From Azolla caroliniana (lineage: Eukaryota; Plantae; Polypodiophyta): DNA of 64,000 nucleotides. Made by a program: the position numbers and the translations under genes. The notes below the pieces were generated by a model that did not search any database, was not told where the DNA came from, and saw only the letters and a program-made list of their open reading frames with translations. Shown here one piece after another: positions 26,277 through 40,735 of this stretch. The DNA lies in NCBI GenBank assembly GCA_043228905.1, contig JBHGNT010000079.1, positions 1 through 64,000 on the forward strand. Direction: 5' to 3'. How positions within the stretch are numbered: position 1 is the first letter of the stretch; every line of letters starts with the position of its first letter.

Positions 26277-29200
26277 CATAATATGATCAATGATGATGAC
26301 GGTAGCTACTATTGAGACAATCATTTCTCGGCTGAAGAAAAAGATATTCATGGTATGCGAATTATGATCTTCGCTGAAAGTGGAAGACTGAAGCTAAACG
26401 TTATCCTGTCTATCTGTAGATTCACATAAACACTGCAATCTGAAATCAATTTATATTACTGCACACTTTGTGCTACAGTATATACTGAAATTTCTTATCA
26501 ACTCTGAAGATGGGGAATTGGATGTTGCTGTATTGCTGCCGTCAGCCCCACATTTTTTTATTTGTCATCAATTGGATTAATTCCTACCACAGCCTTTGTT
26601 GCCACTCAATTTCAAGATCCTCTCCAATTGTTTTGGCTTAAGATCAACTTTATCTGACTTGTTGAGTCTCAATGAATTGTGGCATTGATATATATTAATT
26701 CCATATCTCTAATTGCTTCAGAACTTAGAAGTTCTATCAACCTCTATCTAGTGGGGAAATTGAAACAAAGAATTGTCATGAATAGTTAGTCTAATATAGT
26801 CTTACTAATAACAGAAGAACATGCTACATTGTGTGGCCAACATCATTAGTGTTTGTACGTGTTTTATGCCGAAGTGTATGTTATGGTCGAGGAGCCTCTT
26901 AGGGCATGTGAAATTAATCAATTCATACAATATGATGGAGGGAATGAATATTACAAAGTGTTAGACTTTAGTGCACAATTCCAACATAAAGGAATGATAC
27001 ATGGGATTTGGTTAGCTCATAAACTCTCGAGTTGATTAAGTTGCAAGTTACATGTTGGTTGTGAAGAACCTATCATTAAGTGATTTTGGGGCACTAATAA
27101 GGAAACTAGTAGAGCCTGAGGGGAAGAACCAATGTCCACAAATGTGAATAGGAACATAATTGTCAATAATAAAATGTAAACGAAGTACAAATATGAAAAT
27201 GAAAGCTTTATACTTTTGTTTTCTTCATTTTTTGCATTCTAACCTTAAGCTAGACCTCTCCTCCTAACCTTTTATGTTTTTTGGTCTCAATCGTTCCTTA
27301 ACTTTGTCATGTATGAGCTTAAGACTTAAGCACTTATCTCAAGTACAATGAGTTGAGAATAAAGAGATTTTGTTGGTTAACCTTTTTGTATGATTGCTTG
27401 TGCTTTCCTTGACTTGAAGTTTGAGGGAAGTTTTGATTAAGTTGTCTTTTAAGTTAATCTTTTCATTGTCTTTTGTTCTATAAGAGATGTGAGGGTAATG
27501 AGTGTTTGTGATTAGAGAGTTTGCTTAGGTAGCCTTAAAAGGTTGCGCTTCCACTCAATCCCTTGCAACAATTTAATGTGACGGTGATTGTTATGTTATT
27601 ATATTGACCTAATGTGAAACCTATTATATAGTAGGTTGCTAACCCATCTACAACATTAGCATGAACTTCTCTCTAGGCACCACATTATGTTCAATTCTTA
27701 AATTTCTTCCTTTAGATGAAACTCCGTATGTTTAAAATTACTTTCTATTGATTAAATACGTGATGGAGCTACAATGTTTGCTTGCATTATTAGATTTTGA
27801 TCTTTTCATTCCTGTGTTGTGTTTGGACCATGTATTTTATAAAATGGATACACTTTTCTTCAAAAACTATGTTTAAAAAGATACTAAGATCATATATTAT
27901 GAAAAACGGAATTTCTAGTTTCCCATAGCTACACTCTACACCTAAAATGCGGATTGGTGGATAAGAGGTCTTTCTTCTTCAATAACATTTTCAAGGTTCT
28001 CACAATGTGCTATGATAGTTTTCAAATGTCGTTAATTAGCTAACTATGCTTATCCTAACAAGTTGGTGCTGGCATACTTTTTTAGAGAACTTAGCACATC
28101 AGACATCTACGATATTGAAGGAACTGAATTACCATCAATGTTAGGGACATCCATACTTAGTCCACAGAACCATGTATTAATAAGGTTTGATGAATGTTAC
28201 TATTATCCATGGGATCAAATATTGTAGATTTAGACCCAAAAAGTGTTAACCATATACCCTGCGCCCTACTCCCTAATAATTGTTGGCCTTCTTCATTGGA
28301 AGGGTTGGATCCACAATTGTTATTGGGCAGGTGAAGTTAGAACGTGGCATAAGAGGACCGAGAATAGAGAGTAAGTAGAAGAGTGTGCTACCCTCGATTG
28401 CCCACAACTTGATGCCACACCATTTTCCGATACAAATATTGAATCAGAATAGAATCGAGCCACATATTAGTACTACTACTAGTAGTAGAACAAGGCTTCC
28501 GCTAAGTCTGGCGAAACCTGTCGACACACAATTTTTAGCCGGGATCGGGCGTGTGCGTGTCGGTATCCGGGTATCTCTTTATTTTCAGAGAAACACCAAA
28601 ATGTCAGTATGTTCTGAAATGAGTGCATATAAGTTAACCATTCATTCCAGGGGTTCCATATTCAGTTCTACTCATTACGCACCCCTAACCCCAACCATCC
28701 ATTGATCCCGTTCATGGACCCTTATCAGGGATCTTCGAGATCCTTTCTCTGAAGCTGAAAGTCTGGAAATGACCAGGTATGTGACTAGTTACATATAAAC
28801 ACTCTCTATTCCAATGGCTGTCAGACCAAGTATATGATTCCATGCATTATTTGATGGTGTCATATCTATTGTTACTTGTTATTTGTTCAATCATGGATAA
28901 GTATCCAAAGATATGATAGCATGCATGATTTTGATGGCGTTTGAAGCAGTAGTATTTGTTGGAACTTAAAACACACAGCCATTTGAAGCATGAAAATCCC
29001 CTGTGGCAACATGTGTGATTATAGGGAATCTCTCTCTCTCTCTCTCTGGTATGCATGCATGTAAATACGGGAGAAAGATCTTTCGTCTGGGGAAGTGTTG
29101 TTTAGAGTGGAATTTCAAGGAAGAGTAATGTACTATGCTACTTCGTCTCTTATAAATATTTCATGGAGTTAGCACTGGTATTCGGTTGCTGAGTAGCTCT

Positions 29201-29711
29201 TTGAGCATGTTGCGGGCATTATAATCCACACTTAATCCATCTCAACCAATTGATTGGTATTTTAAGATTGCTACATGAATTGAAAACCATTAGATGCGTT
29301 TTGGCTATACATTCTCTGATATTTTGGTTGTAACAAATACTTGCATCTTCGCTTTTCAAAAACAATCCCAACTCAAAAAAGAAGAGGCGGTATTACACTT
29401 AAAGTGCATAAAAGAAATAAGAATATGCATTTTCAATTAAATCCTATGATTTGTCGAGGTTACATTTACATTTGGAATGTTCTCAACAGCAGCAACTGGC
29501 CGTCTATGTTTCTACATATGTTTCACTTGTTTATGTGGTCATAAAGATGGCAAATTTCTTTCCATGTTCTAAGCTTAAGATATGGTATTGAAAAAGGATC
29601 TTCAAGTCTATATATAAAGATGTCAGCATATGCTAAGTTTCTAATTCTTCAGCTTTTCACTGTTAATGTTCTTATGTCATATCATAAATGGATAATGTAA
29701 CTAGGATTACA

Positions 29712-32700
29712 TCATGTTGACATGTTGACTTTCTTTTTGGGCTTCAGAATCAGATCATCATCTGAGTCATGGCCAGATTTCCTTTTCACATTTAATAATG
29801 GTTTATTACTGCCATTGGAGATGGAATTACTTCTTTGAGAAGGTGTCTTTGGAATGATCTTCTCGGTCTTTTGGATGATATATTTTGATGTTTTTGTAGG
29901 TAGACCTAATTTCTGTGCAAATTGACTCTTTTTCTTTCTTTCCATTGCTTTTTTCGCAGCTTCAAGTCCCAGAAGGCCATGCTCCATCATCCTTGTACCA
30001 GAAGAAATTAAATCCAAGGTGAAAACACATGACAACAAAGTGGTTTTAAATTCAGAAATGACCTAGTTTCCATGTCTCTGACAAACAACTGCAACATAAT
30101 GAAATAGTTGAATAGTGGATCTAAAAAACAAAATTTAATAGTATCCAACATTAAGGTTTTATTCTAAAAACTTGCAAATGATTATTATTTCAAATGAAAG
30201 AATAGCCTTTAACAGTCATATTTATTTTCAGGGAAACATGACAGTTTCAGCATATTTGGTTGTACAATTGCTGAGTTAAGTGGCTGGAAGATGTTGTAAG
30301 TTTCTCTCTTATCTGTGTTTTGTGATGAGTCATGGGAGTTTGTCAAGTATTTCTTAGAAGTAAGGCAGTGGTTTAATATTTGAGAGTTTTATAGAAAATG
30401 CTATAGAAATGCATGACTCATAGGTAAATAATGTTATTTCAGTAAGAAGATTCTGAAAGTTCTTTCTTTTCAAACACCAATACTACATCTTTTCAAACAT
30501 TTCAGTGAATCTTCTTACTACATTTGTCTTAAGTCTCCATGATTTGGAAGATTGAACTATGGAAACATTTGCAACAGTTAGGAAAATAGCATAAGTAGCC
30601 GACTGTTCACTTCTATTCTAGAGTTAGATACTCTTGGTAAAGCTTTGTCACATAAAGTTTTACCTCTCTAAATATGTAAATTGATCTTTAATCGTAATCA
30701 CTATTATGATTTAATTTCTTATTGATTAATTTATGGCTATGATATTTTATTAATATTTAACTTTGGGCAGTCTATCAAGAGGGACTTTATGGTTGGATGG
30801 GGAGTCAGTCATAGAATGTAATGGATACCAACTCCAATTTCTAATAGAGAGGAATGTCTCTCTTAATTTGTCTATAAATTGGTCAACTGGGACATTAAAT
30901 TTTTTATATATTTATGAAATTTTACAAAAAAGAAAATCTAGTTGTGCACAAATTTCTCATTTTTTTGCTAAATTTCCTCTGTTTGAGTTCTTGATTTTTG
31001 GGTGTACATATAAATTGTTATAAAGAGAGTATTTTGAAAGAGGGGTATCTTTGCAAGTAAGCAATTAGCAGTACTTTGGAACCCTCTTGTTATTTCTATA
31101 TATGTGAGTAAATAGCTCTCTATCTCACTACACTCATGCACTGGATGCTCATATATCCTGTTAATACAATTCAGTTTAAATTGTGATTTGGGAGTTTCCG
31201 ATTATTGAAGCAGTTAAGGGATAATGGGAGATCCTATGGGATTCATTTTGGTTTGTTTCAAGCGAAATTATGTCCATTATAAGTTGAATGTTATTACTAC
31301 ATGATTGAATGGTTTAATGATAATAATTTGAGTACTAAATGAAGTAACGTACCAGAACTGAGCCATTTCACTTTTTGGATTTTCCTCATACAGGCTTTGA
31401 TAGAAGATTCTGAGAGGCTCCCTCTGATCAAGGAGAGGAAGCAAGCTTTTTAAGAAATTTGCTTGATTCCTTCAGATTTAGCAAAAGTACCTAGAAAGCA
31501 CTATGTAGTATAGGTATAAAGATGTAATGAAAATTGACCTCATCTGGTGGATCGTGTTTTTGCCCAGGTAACTCATAAACTTTTTTCTCTTTTTTCTCCG
31601 GGATGTGTTTTGAGGACTTATTTTTTGAGGTGGATGTTTGAGATGCTGATGGCCTTCCAGATGCTGATGTTATTGTAGTCTGTTATTCATTGTCAAAAGG
31701 ATGTGTTGAAAGACATTATTAGCACTTATCAATTAATCTAATCTCTCTCTCTCTCTCTCACTCGTTTTTGTAATCATAATTTTTCTCACAGGCCGATTTA
31801 GTCCTCTTGTAGTGTTCATCTCTATCTCTCTTTCTCTCTAACCTGAAGTTTTGTTCACCACAAAAAATAAATAGGGTAACATAAACAAAATATGATAATA
31901 TGCTGAGAAATATTTGTAAAACTCATTATTTTTGCTTTGTCCAGGCTAATTAAGAAATGAATTTTTATTACTTGGAAGGATATATATTGCTAATTAGTCT
32001 CTAATTAAGAAGCTTAAGTCTTGATTAAATGCTAAATCAATTGATGTTATTAAATAGACTAAGCTAATGGATTATCCTTGGTTATGATTATTATGTTGAT
32101 TAAGTTAACATAAACTCAAAATGTCTGACATATGCTTTGTGTTGTTTTTTCAGAACTCCTTAACTATGTGCTTAGATTTACTTTTCATATGAGCAGGATC
32201 CTCAACTTTGATTGAGCATGTATAGACAGTTTTGCAAATAAGCAAACATATGAATGTAATTTCTCATGCAAAGAAGCATATTTTAGTAATTTTCCCTTTT
32301 ATGTTTGCAGTATTTGAGTTTCCCCCCAGAAAAACAAAAAATAATGTGATACCATGAAATTAGGGTTCCCATAAACGAAACAAGGGGCTTCTCAGATGAA
32401 AGCAAGGGTTCGGACAGCCTGAATTAGGGCTCACCCCAAAAAAGAGTGGAATTTTCGACAAAGGAAAGGAGTTTCCCACAAGAAAATTCAGGCAAAATTA
32501 AGGTTTTCCATGAGCATTATAAGTGGGTAGTGTGATTGACCCCAAAGGAGAGTAGAATTTTCCACAAAGGAAATTAGGGGTTACTATCAAAAGAAAATTT
32601 AGGCGAAATTAGGGTTTTCCATGAGCATTACAAATGGGTGGTTATATATTCAGTGAAATTGGCCCAGATCTGGATAACAAAAAGAATAACAACAAATTAA

Positions 32701-32981
32701 CAGAAAATTAAACGCAAAAAAGAGGTCTGAATTGGGTGATTTGAAGTGCTCACCTTGCTATTGTAGTGATTGTTGCCAGTCCGAACAATTGAAGAGTGAG
32801 AATGGGGAGAGATCTTTGAACGAGGAGAGATCTTTGAAGAGGGAGAGGAAGAGGAAGAAGAGATTATAGTTTTCCTGATAAGAGGAGGCTTAATATCCTC
32901 TCTCTTAACCGTTTTGGCATGACCTAACGACAAGCTCTGCAATGGCTTTGGGGGCAACTTCTTCTTCATAGACTCTGCCAT
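29712..32981 (-). CDS. Conserved plant Lys/Ser-rich protein of unknown function (At1g19990/At5g11600-like; 4 coding exons, 239 aa)
   Basis: Exons 32981-32754, 31679-31539, 31423-31353, 29991-29712; 720 nt, in frame. Core KRKKVYELPGQKHDPPDE-REPLRIFYQSLYEENPKSEMAQFW-MMEHGLLGLEAAKKAMERK matches the family motif as I recall it. Confidence 0.88.
32357..32640. repeat. Intron-1 cluster of telo-box-like AAATTAGGG(T) motifs within a ~110-bp duplication
   Basis: AATTAGGG at ~32358, ~32422, ~32572 and ~32607. Duplicated GAAAATT.AGGC.AAATTA.GGTTTTCCATGAGCATTA.AA.TGGGT.G. Confidence 0.7.
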
Positions 32982-33063
32982 GACTCAAAAAGCTTGAAAC
33001 TGCTGCTGCAGCAGAAGCTTCTTCCTCCTCTGGTGCATCAAAACACTTAATATGGTTTGTAAG

Positions 33064-33065
<2 letters not shown>

Positions 33066-33143
<78 letters not shown>
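33066..33143. repeat. Compound (CA)n(CT)n(CA)n microsatellite
   Basis: Direct reading. Confidence 0.95.
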
Positions 33144-33146
<3 letters not shown>

Positions 33147-35206
33147 GGGGGGGGTGTTTAATCCGTAGTAGTCGTGAAATTGAGCCGAACCCGAGTTCGA
33201 GCCTCGCCTCGCCACCATCCGTCATCTTTTCTTTACCCTAGTGAACTTTGATAACATGTCCATGTCCCATGGCTTTAAAGTCTCCCATGTTGGAACATCA
33301 TCTAGATTACAACACTCAGGCCTCCCTTGTACATACTTAATACTGCGTTCTATCCTTGTCTTATCGTTGAGATTAACAAGTGAGACCCTTCACAAAAAAC
33401 CCCACCTTCGTGAAAAGAAGTGAAAGGCACGGAAGACATGCAAAAGCAACCGGTTCCGTTTCGGGATGGAGGCCAGAGACAAAGAAATGGTTTGCAAGTC
33501 GGATTTGAGGCATTATGTTGTTTCATGATAAGTAATATGGGATAATACTACTAAGAAAATGACTAACTTTTGCTAATTGTGAATGATTGTGAATTTAGAT
33601 CATCAATGGTCGACAATAAAAGAGCACTTGTTCAAAACAATTGGATAATACTCACCTTTTCTAGTAATTAATGTTTGTATTAAATACAAAGGGCTACCTA
33701 CAATGGACCACTAAAGACAATAGAAATAACCCCTTGGACCCACATAACCATATTATGTAATAGCCAACACTATTGATGAATATAATTTGAACCGCCTTGA
33801 TTGATAATAATCTCAAAGTTTTAGCAATGAGAATTGACAAAGCAACCTATCTTTGAACAATTGCATGTCTTTGCACCCTAGAGTGGGCCCAAAGACATAT
33901 TTGTTTCACACGCACAAAATATGTCAAAACCCCAATATCTCAAGAAGTGGAAATTTGGTTCAACTTGTGATGATGGTCGCACAAATCCAACATAAGGAGG
34001 CAATAATTGAATTGGGGATTTCGAAATTGTTATTATGGAATCCAACATTGCAAATATATATTTCCGAACACATTGTGACATAGAACAAGTGATCAAGTGA
34101 TATGTGTTATGTTCTACTGGCATGGTACAAAAGAGACACAATCCATTGGTAATATTCCACATATTTGAAAGCATGTCCCAATGGTAGTTCCTCGGTCATA
34201 ACCCTCCAAGGAAATACCATAGCATTGAATAGAAGATGGGGATGCCAACATGCGGCTAGCACACTTCCACAACATGTTATGGGCTTTCTAATTTCTCACA
34301 CCCACTCATTCCTATGAATGGTTTTATGATGTGCTTCATTAGTTTTTACATTGAGAAGACAAAAACTACATGCAAATGTCCAATCAACCTCCAAGGTAGA
34401 CTCAAGAAGTTTTGGAATGGGGTAACACAAAGATTGTCAATTCTTATCGCATAGACCAAGCATGGACATACCTTTTATGAACGAGAAATCTCACCCTAGC
34501 TATTCAGGATGCCATTATTCAGGCTTTAGTATCCAACATAATGTCCCCAATTATGCCATCCTATGCAACGGTAAAGAAATCTTACCCTCCCAAGCCAACA
34601 TTCATGTCATTACCAAAACATCTCTTTGAAAGGAATTGGGATTCTCGCGATGGGCGCCGCTACACATTGCCAAGAAGCCAACATATGTTTAACGATTGCA
34701 AATCCTCCCGAGCATTTCATTTACGTGGCATTATTCACCCTGTTTCACTTAGAGAGCCATTATCTTCATTCTTCCAAATGTAAACCCTAATCTCACTAGC
34801 CGAGCGAAGGTTTGTTTTCTCGCTTTAAAACAAAGTTAGTAGAAAAGTGTAGGAATTCCATATATTCTGTTATGTGTGTATGTATGTGTGCATACCCCCC
34901 CCCCCCCAATACAATAACAACCTTTAAAAACACCATGATTCAGCCCATATACATATGGCAAAGCCCCTAAAAGTGAATAAGCAATGCGGAGTTATTATTA
35001 TTATTTTTGTTAATACAACACATTAACAATATGTATATGTTTTATTTTGTTCTGTTTTTGTGGAACCCCCTTCCTACATTCATTGATTCATTCATTCGCC
35101 CAGAAGCCAACAAACAACCAAAGGGACGTGTTCCTTGGACAAACACTGCAGAGAAAAACACAGACGGAGACGAGAGCAACCCAATCCGCCCCCCCAAAAA
35201 AACCCA

Positions 35207-35282
35207 ATGTCTGCAGAGGATGCCGATGTTGTTCTTCTGGGTGTTTGTGAAAAGGTAATTCTTTCTCTCTCTCTTTCTCTCT

Positions 35283-35317
<35 letters not shown>

Positions 35318-38300
35318 CTTGCCTTGTGCGTCCATTGTGGTGTATCTCTTAGGGTTTTGTTTTATCTCCCTCAATCAAGAATCGGGCATTTAGCAGCTCA
35401 GACGAAGAAGGAGAAGAAGAAAAAGTAACATTTTCATCTGCAAGTACCACTCAAAATCATTTCATCAATCTATCATGTCTTTTATTCTATATTTGCCAAT
35501 GGATACCCAATTGTTTATCCATGTTTGCCAATGCATAACCGATCGTTTACAGATGAGAAACCGACCATTTAATTCCATGTTTAGGAATGGGCACTCAATT
35601 GTTTAATTCATGATATCCAAATGGGCACACCTAATCGTGTAGCTCTATGCCTGCAAATGGATACCTTCTCATTTTATCGATGTTTGCAAATGGGCATTTG
35701 ATCTACTCTTGCAAAGGGACACCCAATAATTTAATCCATGTTTACAAGTGTGCACCCAATCAGTTATCTATTGCTGCAAGCAGATACCCAATCATGTAAC
35801 TCTAGGTTTGCAAGTAGACATCTAATTATTCTATCTATGTTTGGGAATAGGCATTCAATTTATGCCTGTGAATGGTCACTTATAATATAACTTATACTGG
35901 CAAATGAAATTATTTAATTTACAACTTCCTTCAAAACAAATGCTTTGATCTAACGTTTTCTTATTTTTATTCATCTATGCTCACAGGACCTACCATTTGC
36001 AGATAAGAAGAAAACTCCAGAGGAGCTTCTTTTCAGCCTCACGGGTGTCAGTTCTACCATTGATAGGGGATCCACACATGCAAATAGGGGTAGATTAAGA
36101 GGGGTGATTACTCCACATTTAAAAAGGACGGCTCCTGCCCAAAAAGCAAACACAAGTTCTTCTATAAACCATCAAACTGTTGATGCTGCCACCCAATCAC
36201 AACCTACACAGCAATCATTAGGAAAAGGCCAAGGATGCCGTGAAAAAGCATTAGACACCTATGACTTGGGTTTTTGGACTTATATTGTCTTGCCAGATAG
36301 GAAGAAGAAACTTGAAGAGGAAAGCTCCTCCGATACGGATAGTGAAGAAAGAGAGCAAGCTACGATTAAGGCCGCCTTGCGGAACATGAAGACACCCGAA
36401 GAGGATCCAAAGGATGCACAAACCAAACAACGAGAATATTGGGCTCGACTTAAAGAAACTCTGGGTTCTATTAGAATGCGTACACAAATGTTACAAGACC
36501 TTTCGTTTGCTGATGCTAGTAAATATGAGAGTTTGGTTCCTGTAGGTGCTAACAAGGATGGTGATGGAAATAATCCTGCAGGAGTAATTGTTAAGCAAGC
36601 GAGAAGATTGGTATCTTTATCAAGCTAATACAATGAATGCATTTTTTTGGTTTTGGACACCTATGGGTCGAAGAGTGCATGCTATTAAAATATTCATAAG
36701 CATCCCTTATGTGCGTGGTCTTTACTCTTTAGGCAGAGCTCATGCACATGGAGGAGCAAGCCCTTAGCCTTCGTGATTTACACCAATGGCTTCAAACTGT
36801 AGGTCGGTTATGAATTTCATTTAATTGATGGAAGTTAGGTTTATATAAATTCTAGAATTCTCGAAGGATTGTTATGTTACATATTGAAAGAAACTGAGAG
36901 ATGCTATTCGACAATATAGAATTACTATGCCCACCATGGATTCTTGATCCAGATTAGTTATTGGGAACTTTTCTTTTCCGAACCAAGTTTGTATGATTAG
37001 TATCATGAAGCAGGAAAGGGTTTAAGCGAAGGTGCCACAAATCATCCCAGGAGTGCTCTTCAAAATCAATTAGATCGTCTTCGAAGCTTAAACACAATCA
37101 AGGAAACTCAAGAATCTCTTCCTACTAATGCTTCGTCAGAGCTATTGCAACAAGTTGAGGGCAACCTTAGAGATCGCTTAGCAAACTTGTATCAAGGGAA
37201 GGTAGTACATATGTGTATCTTCTTCTTTGAAAAAGTTTCCAAATGTCTCTGACCTCATCTTTCCCTCAGAACTTCATTCTGAGTCATCAAGCAGATTTTA
37301 TGAGAAATGGAGACTTGGATATAGAAGCTTCTGGTGAATCTGGTGTTAAAGTAAAAATGGTCATATTATATATAGAATGTCTTCTCCACGTTTTCTTAGG
37401 TTCGAAAAAGCACATACGACTCACCTATATCTTGTCTTTTTCCCTCCTTTGAAGGAAGAGATTTTCTCTGCTATCATGGAACGGTTGCAGAAAATGGTAA
37501 ATCTAATCTCAAATAGATGTGAATTTTTCTTGCCTGCCTGGAAAATTATGGTATTTCATCCCACTCCAAGTCTCTTTTCCAGGAGACAGCCTATGAGATT
37601 CTTGGGTCAACAATTCTGGACAGCTCGAAGGAGGTGGAGAAAATGGTGTGTAACTTACTGATAACCAAATATCATATCTATGTGGTTGAATTTCCTCACG
37701 TTTCTCCAGAAATTGCTCATAATTAATCACACATATATTCTACATGCATGTATAGGAAGAGGAATTTCAAATGCTGCAATCGGAACTTGTAACAAAGGGT
37801 ATTTACCTTTTTGTTTTATAATATGCAACTCAATAATCAATTTATAGTCTCAAAAAATTGTGGGTTCTAATATCTAATATCTAATATCATTTAATTATGT
37901 TTTCCTTCTGTTAGGCTGCCCCTTGCGTGCAATCCATGAGATAAAAAAGGCAAAAAAATCATCTAATAAAAAATCAAAGAAAGCAACTCATTCAGACGGT
38001 GATGGTACAAATCGGGCATCAGAATCTGAAGTTTCATCGGCATTAAACAGTTCAAGACTAACTTCAGCAAAGTCTGATAAAGATGGTGGTAAAAACAATG
38101 GTCTAGATGAAGGAGAACAACCTCTAAACAAGGATGACACAGACGGAAGAAATGATGTAAAGGAAGGTAAAAAGAGAAATGATAATAAGGATAGGTCAAA
38201 GAAAGAAAAGAAGAAGAATTCCTCTTCCCAGAAGGCTGAAAAACAAAAGGAAGTGAAGATCGATATTCGAAAGGGTGGAAACAGTGCTGAAAATTCAGGA

Positions 38301-39644
38301 AAGAATTCTACACAGAGTTCCAGCAGAAATGAGAAAACGGATTGGTCTGTGTCTTCAACAATGGTATCAGAGACATCTGATGGTAAAACTGTAACGATAA
38401 AGGAGAATGGGCATAGTAGAGTTGAGGATGCAAATGTCATTTCAGAAGAAGGAAAGAAGTTCTTGTTTCCAGACATTAAGAGAGTTGCTGATGATTGCTC
38501 AGAGTTCTCAAGACCTATTGAAGTACAAGAAAGCATGTTATGCACAGAGAATAAGGTGTTCCGTAGTAAAGATACCTGTAATGTGCCAAACGCTATGAAG
38601 TATAAGATGAAATCACATCGTGCGTCTTTTGGAGGATGCGTAGAGGAACTTGTGCAGACTGATGATGTTGTCATCATTTCACTAAAGGTTGGAATTTTTT
38701 TTTCCCCCTAGCCATGAAATTAAAGAAAAATTTAAGTTCATCTTTCACTTTGTATAGGGTGGATTTGAGGATATACCTTCAAGTCAGTATCAACAAATGG
38801 ACGTTAAAGATATGCTTGAGAATATGGTAATTATCTTATCCATCATCACACCAACATTATGTGGATTTTATTTTCCATATTCAGGTGTTGTCTGATATTT
38901 TCAAGGAATCCATCTGCCCTTTGCTTTAGAAAACAAAACAAACTATACAATTATACAAATGAGACACACTGGAACAAAGTATATAATAGTATAGAAAAGA
39001 AAGTACATTCTGCCCAATATGGCTGTATTGCTTGAGATGGATGAATGGCCATCATGATTCTTGAGTTCCTGATGCCACACCAGTTTGAATTTTCAGTTTT
39101 TGGTGGGATTTGATGACTTTCCTAGTTGGGGAGACTTGTGAATTGATGTTAAGGTGGAATTTCATGTGAACTTTTATTATGGGGATGAATAGAAACAAAT
39201 GGAAGTGGGGTTTAGTAACATTGAAAAATGGTGGTTTATCTACTTCGTTAGGCAGCATCACTGGTGATTGGGATTGATATGTGTTTGTTGATTGAGTATG
39301 CTATGTTTCTAATATCTATATGTGGACAACTTCAGAAATGTTAATAATATGTTTTTTAATTCCAGAAAAAATTACAAAAGCAAGTGCAGTTCTGGAGGAC
39401 AAAGAATTGGGCAGAGAAGCATCGTGAACATGGTCGATTTACACAAGCTCCAGTATACAGTTCTGTTAGTCAGTTTACTAAGCTTCATACTTCACCTGAG
39501 ATGGGTTTGGTATTTTATTATAATCCACAAACAAGTATTTGTGCAATGAAGAGTGTATCGGATCTGGATTCAAGTATGCAACAAGCCATTCTGGGGCTTA
39601 CTTCCGAGCCCAAGAAGGAAACATCGACAACCCCCAAGTCTTAG
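35207..39644 (+). CDS. Hypothetical protein, 11 exons, 755 aa, no recognised domain
   Basis: Exons 35207-35254, 35987-36610, 36733-36802, 37014-37201, 37270-37350, 37455-37496, 37583-37633, 37756-37798, 37915-38687, 38758-38826, 39366-39644. All GT-AG, phases compatible, total 2268 nt with no internal stop. Helical/coiled-coil-like middle, Lys/Ser-rich disordered region, aromatic C-terminal segment. Confidence 0.8.
35490..35860. repeat. Degenerate ~40-42 bp minisatellite (about 9 units) in intron 1 of the hypothetical gene
   Basis: Recurring ATGTTTGC(A/C)AATGG(A/G)(T/C)ACCCAATxxTTTAATxC. Confidence 0.75.
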
Positions 39645-40619
39645 TTGATAACATGTTTTTGCTCAGCCTGATGTTTTGTAGAAGTCTTAGTATTTTTCAT
39701 TAATGTTAAAAATAATGTTGTGGTTCCATTAGTTTTTGTACTGAAGTGGACTGTAATGATTATGTACTGTATTACTTCCTGGTTCTAGTAGAATAAGCCA
39801 TAATTGCCATTAAATTTTTAATGTTTACAGTGCTTGATAATATCGTCTAACTGGGCAATGTTACCATGCTGTATCATACTTCTGAAAGAAAGCTCGTCTA
39901 ATGTTAAATTTCTTTTCTTTTGGATTCTTCTTGATTAGCAGAAGTACTGTTTGGCTTTTGGTAATGCAAAGTAAAGTTTTCCTCTTGAAAGTGGAGCTTA
40001 AAGCTGTGTGTTCCCAATCCAATGCCCAATGTTTTTGTTTGTCTTTTTGCGGAACTATCCTTTCCTTTTGGAGAAGGACAATTTCTTTCTCTCTTTCAAG
40101 CGACCAACAGATTATTGTGAAGTTTAAAGTTCCATAAGAGAATACAGTGGGAATCCATAAAGATTGCCTCGTTCGGATCATTCTTTGCAACTCAAGAGCT
40201 TGAAAAAGTGGAATTGCTACTAATTGCATATCTTTGTATCATTCAATGAAAATGAAAACTTTTTGTCCATCTAGTTACATTTCCAAAGACAATATGGAAA
40301 GAGCAACAATTTAAAACTAGACTTCCAAATCTAGTAAACATTTGGAGTTTTGATCAGTAAATCCTATACTGAAATGCTTTAAAAAAAGCAACTTGGCAAA
40401 GCAAGGTAAGGTTTGCATCTCTGAGGTTGTGAACACACATTGGGGGTATTGTTAGAGGTTTGTAGTCTTGATATATGGTGGATCAAGTTAACGCTAGATA
40501 GTGAGTCTTGATATACTGCATTATCATATCCAGTCAAGCTTGATGGTGACAAATATGTTGCACATAACGGAGGGGTTGTCTCAGGATGAAAACAAGAAAA
40601 TCCAATCGAGTCATATGTC

Positions 40620-40735
40620 GTGGCGATACAATGCTGGTCGGATCGAATCGAAGCCTTTTCGGTCTGGATATGACAATGTTGTGGCGACATAATGCTGACG
40701 GATCGAATCGAAGCCTTTTCGGTCTGGATATGACA
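40620..40735. repeat. ~60-bp tandem duplication upstream of the LYR gene
   Basis: GTGGCGA..AATGCTG..CGGATCGAATCGAAGCCTTTTCGGTCTGGATATGACA at 40620 and 40681. Confidence 0.9.
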
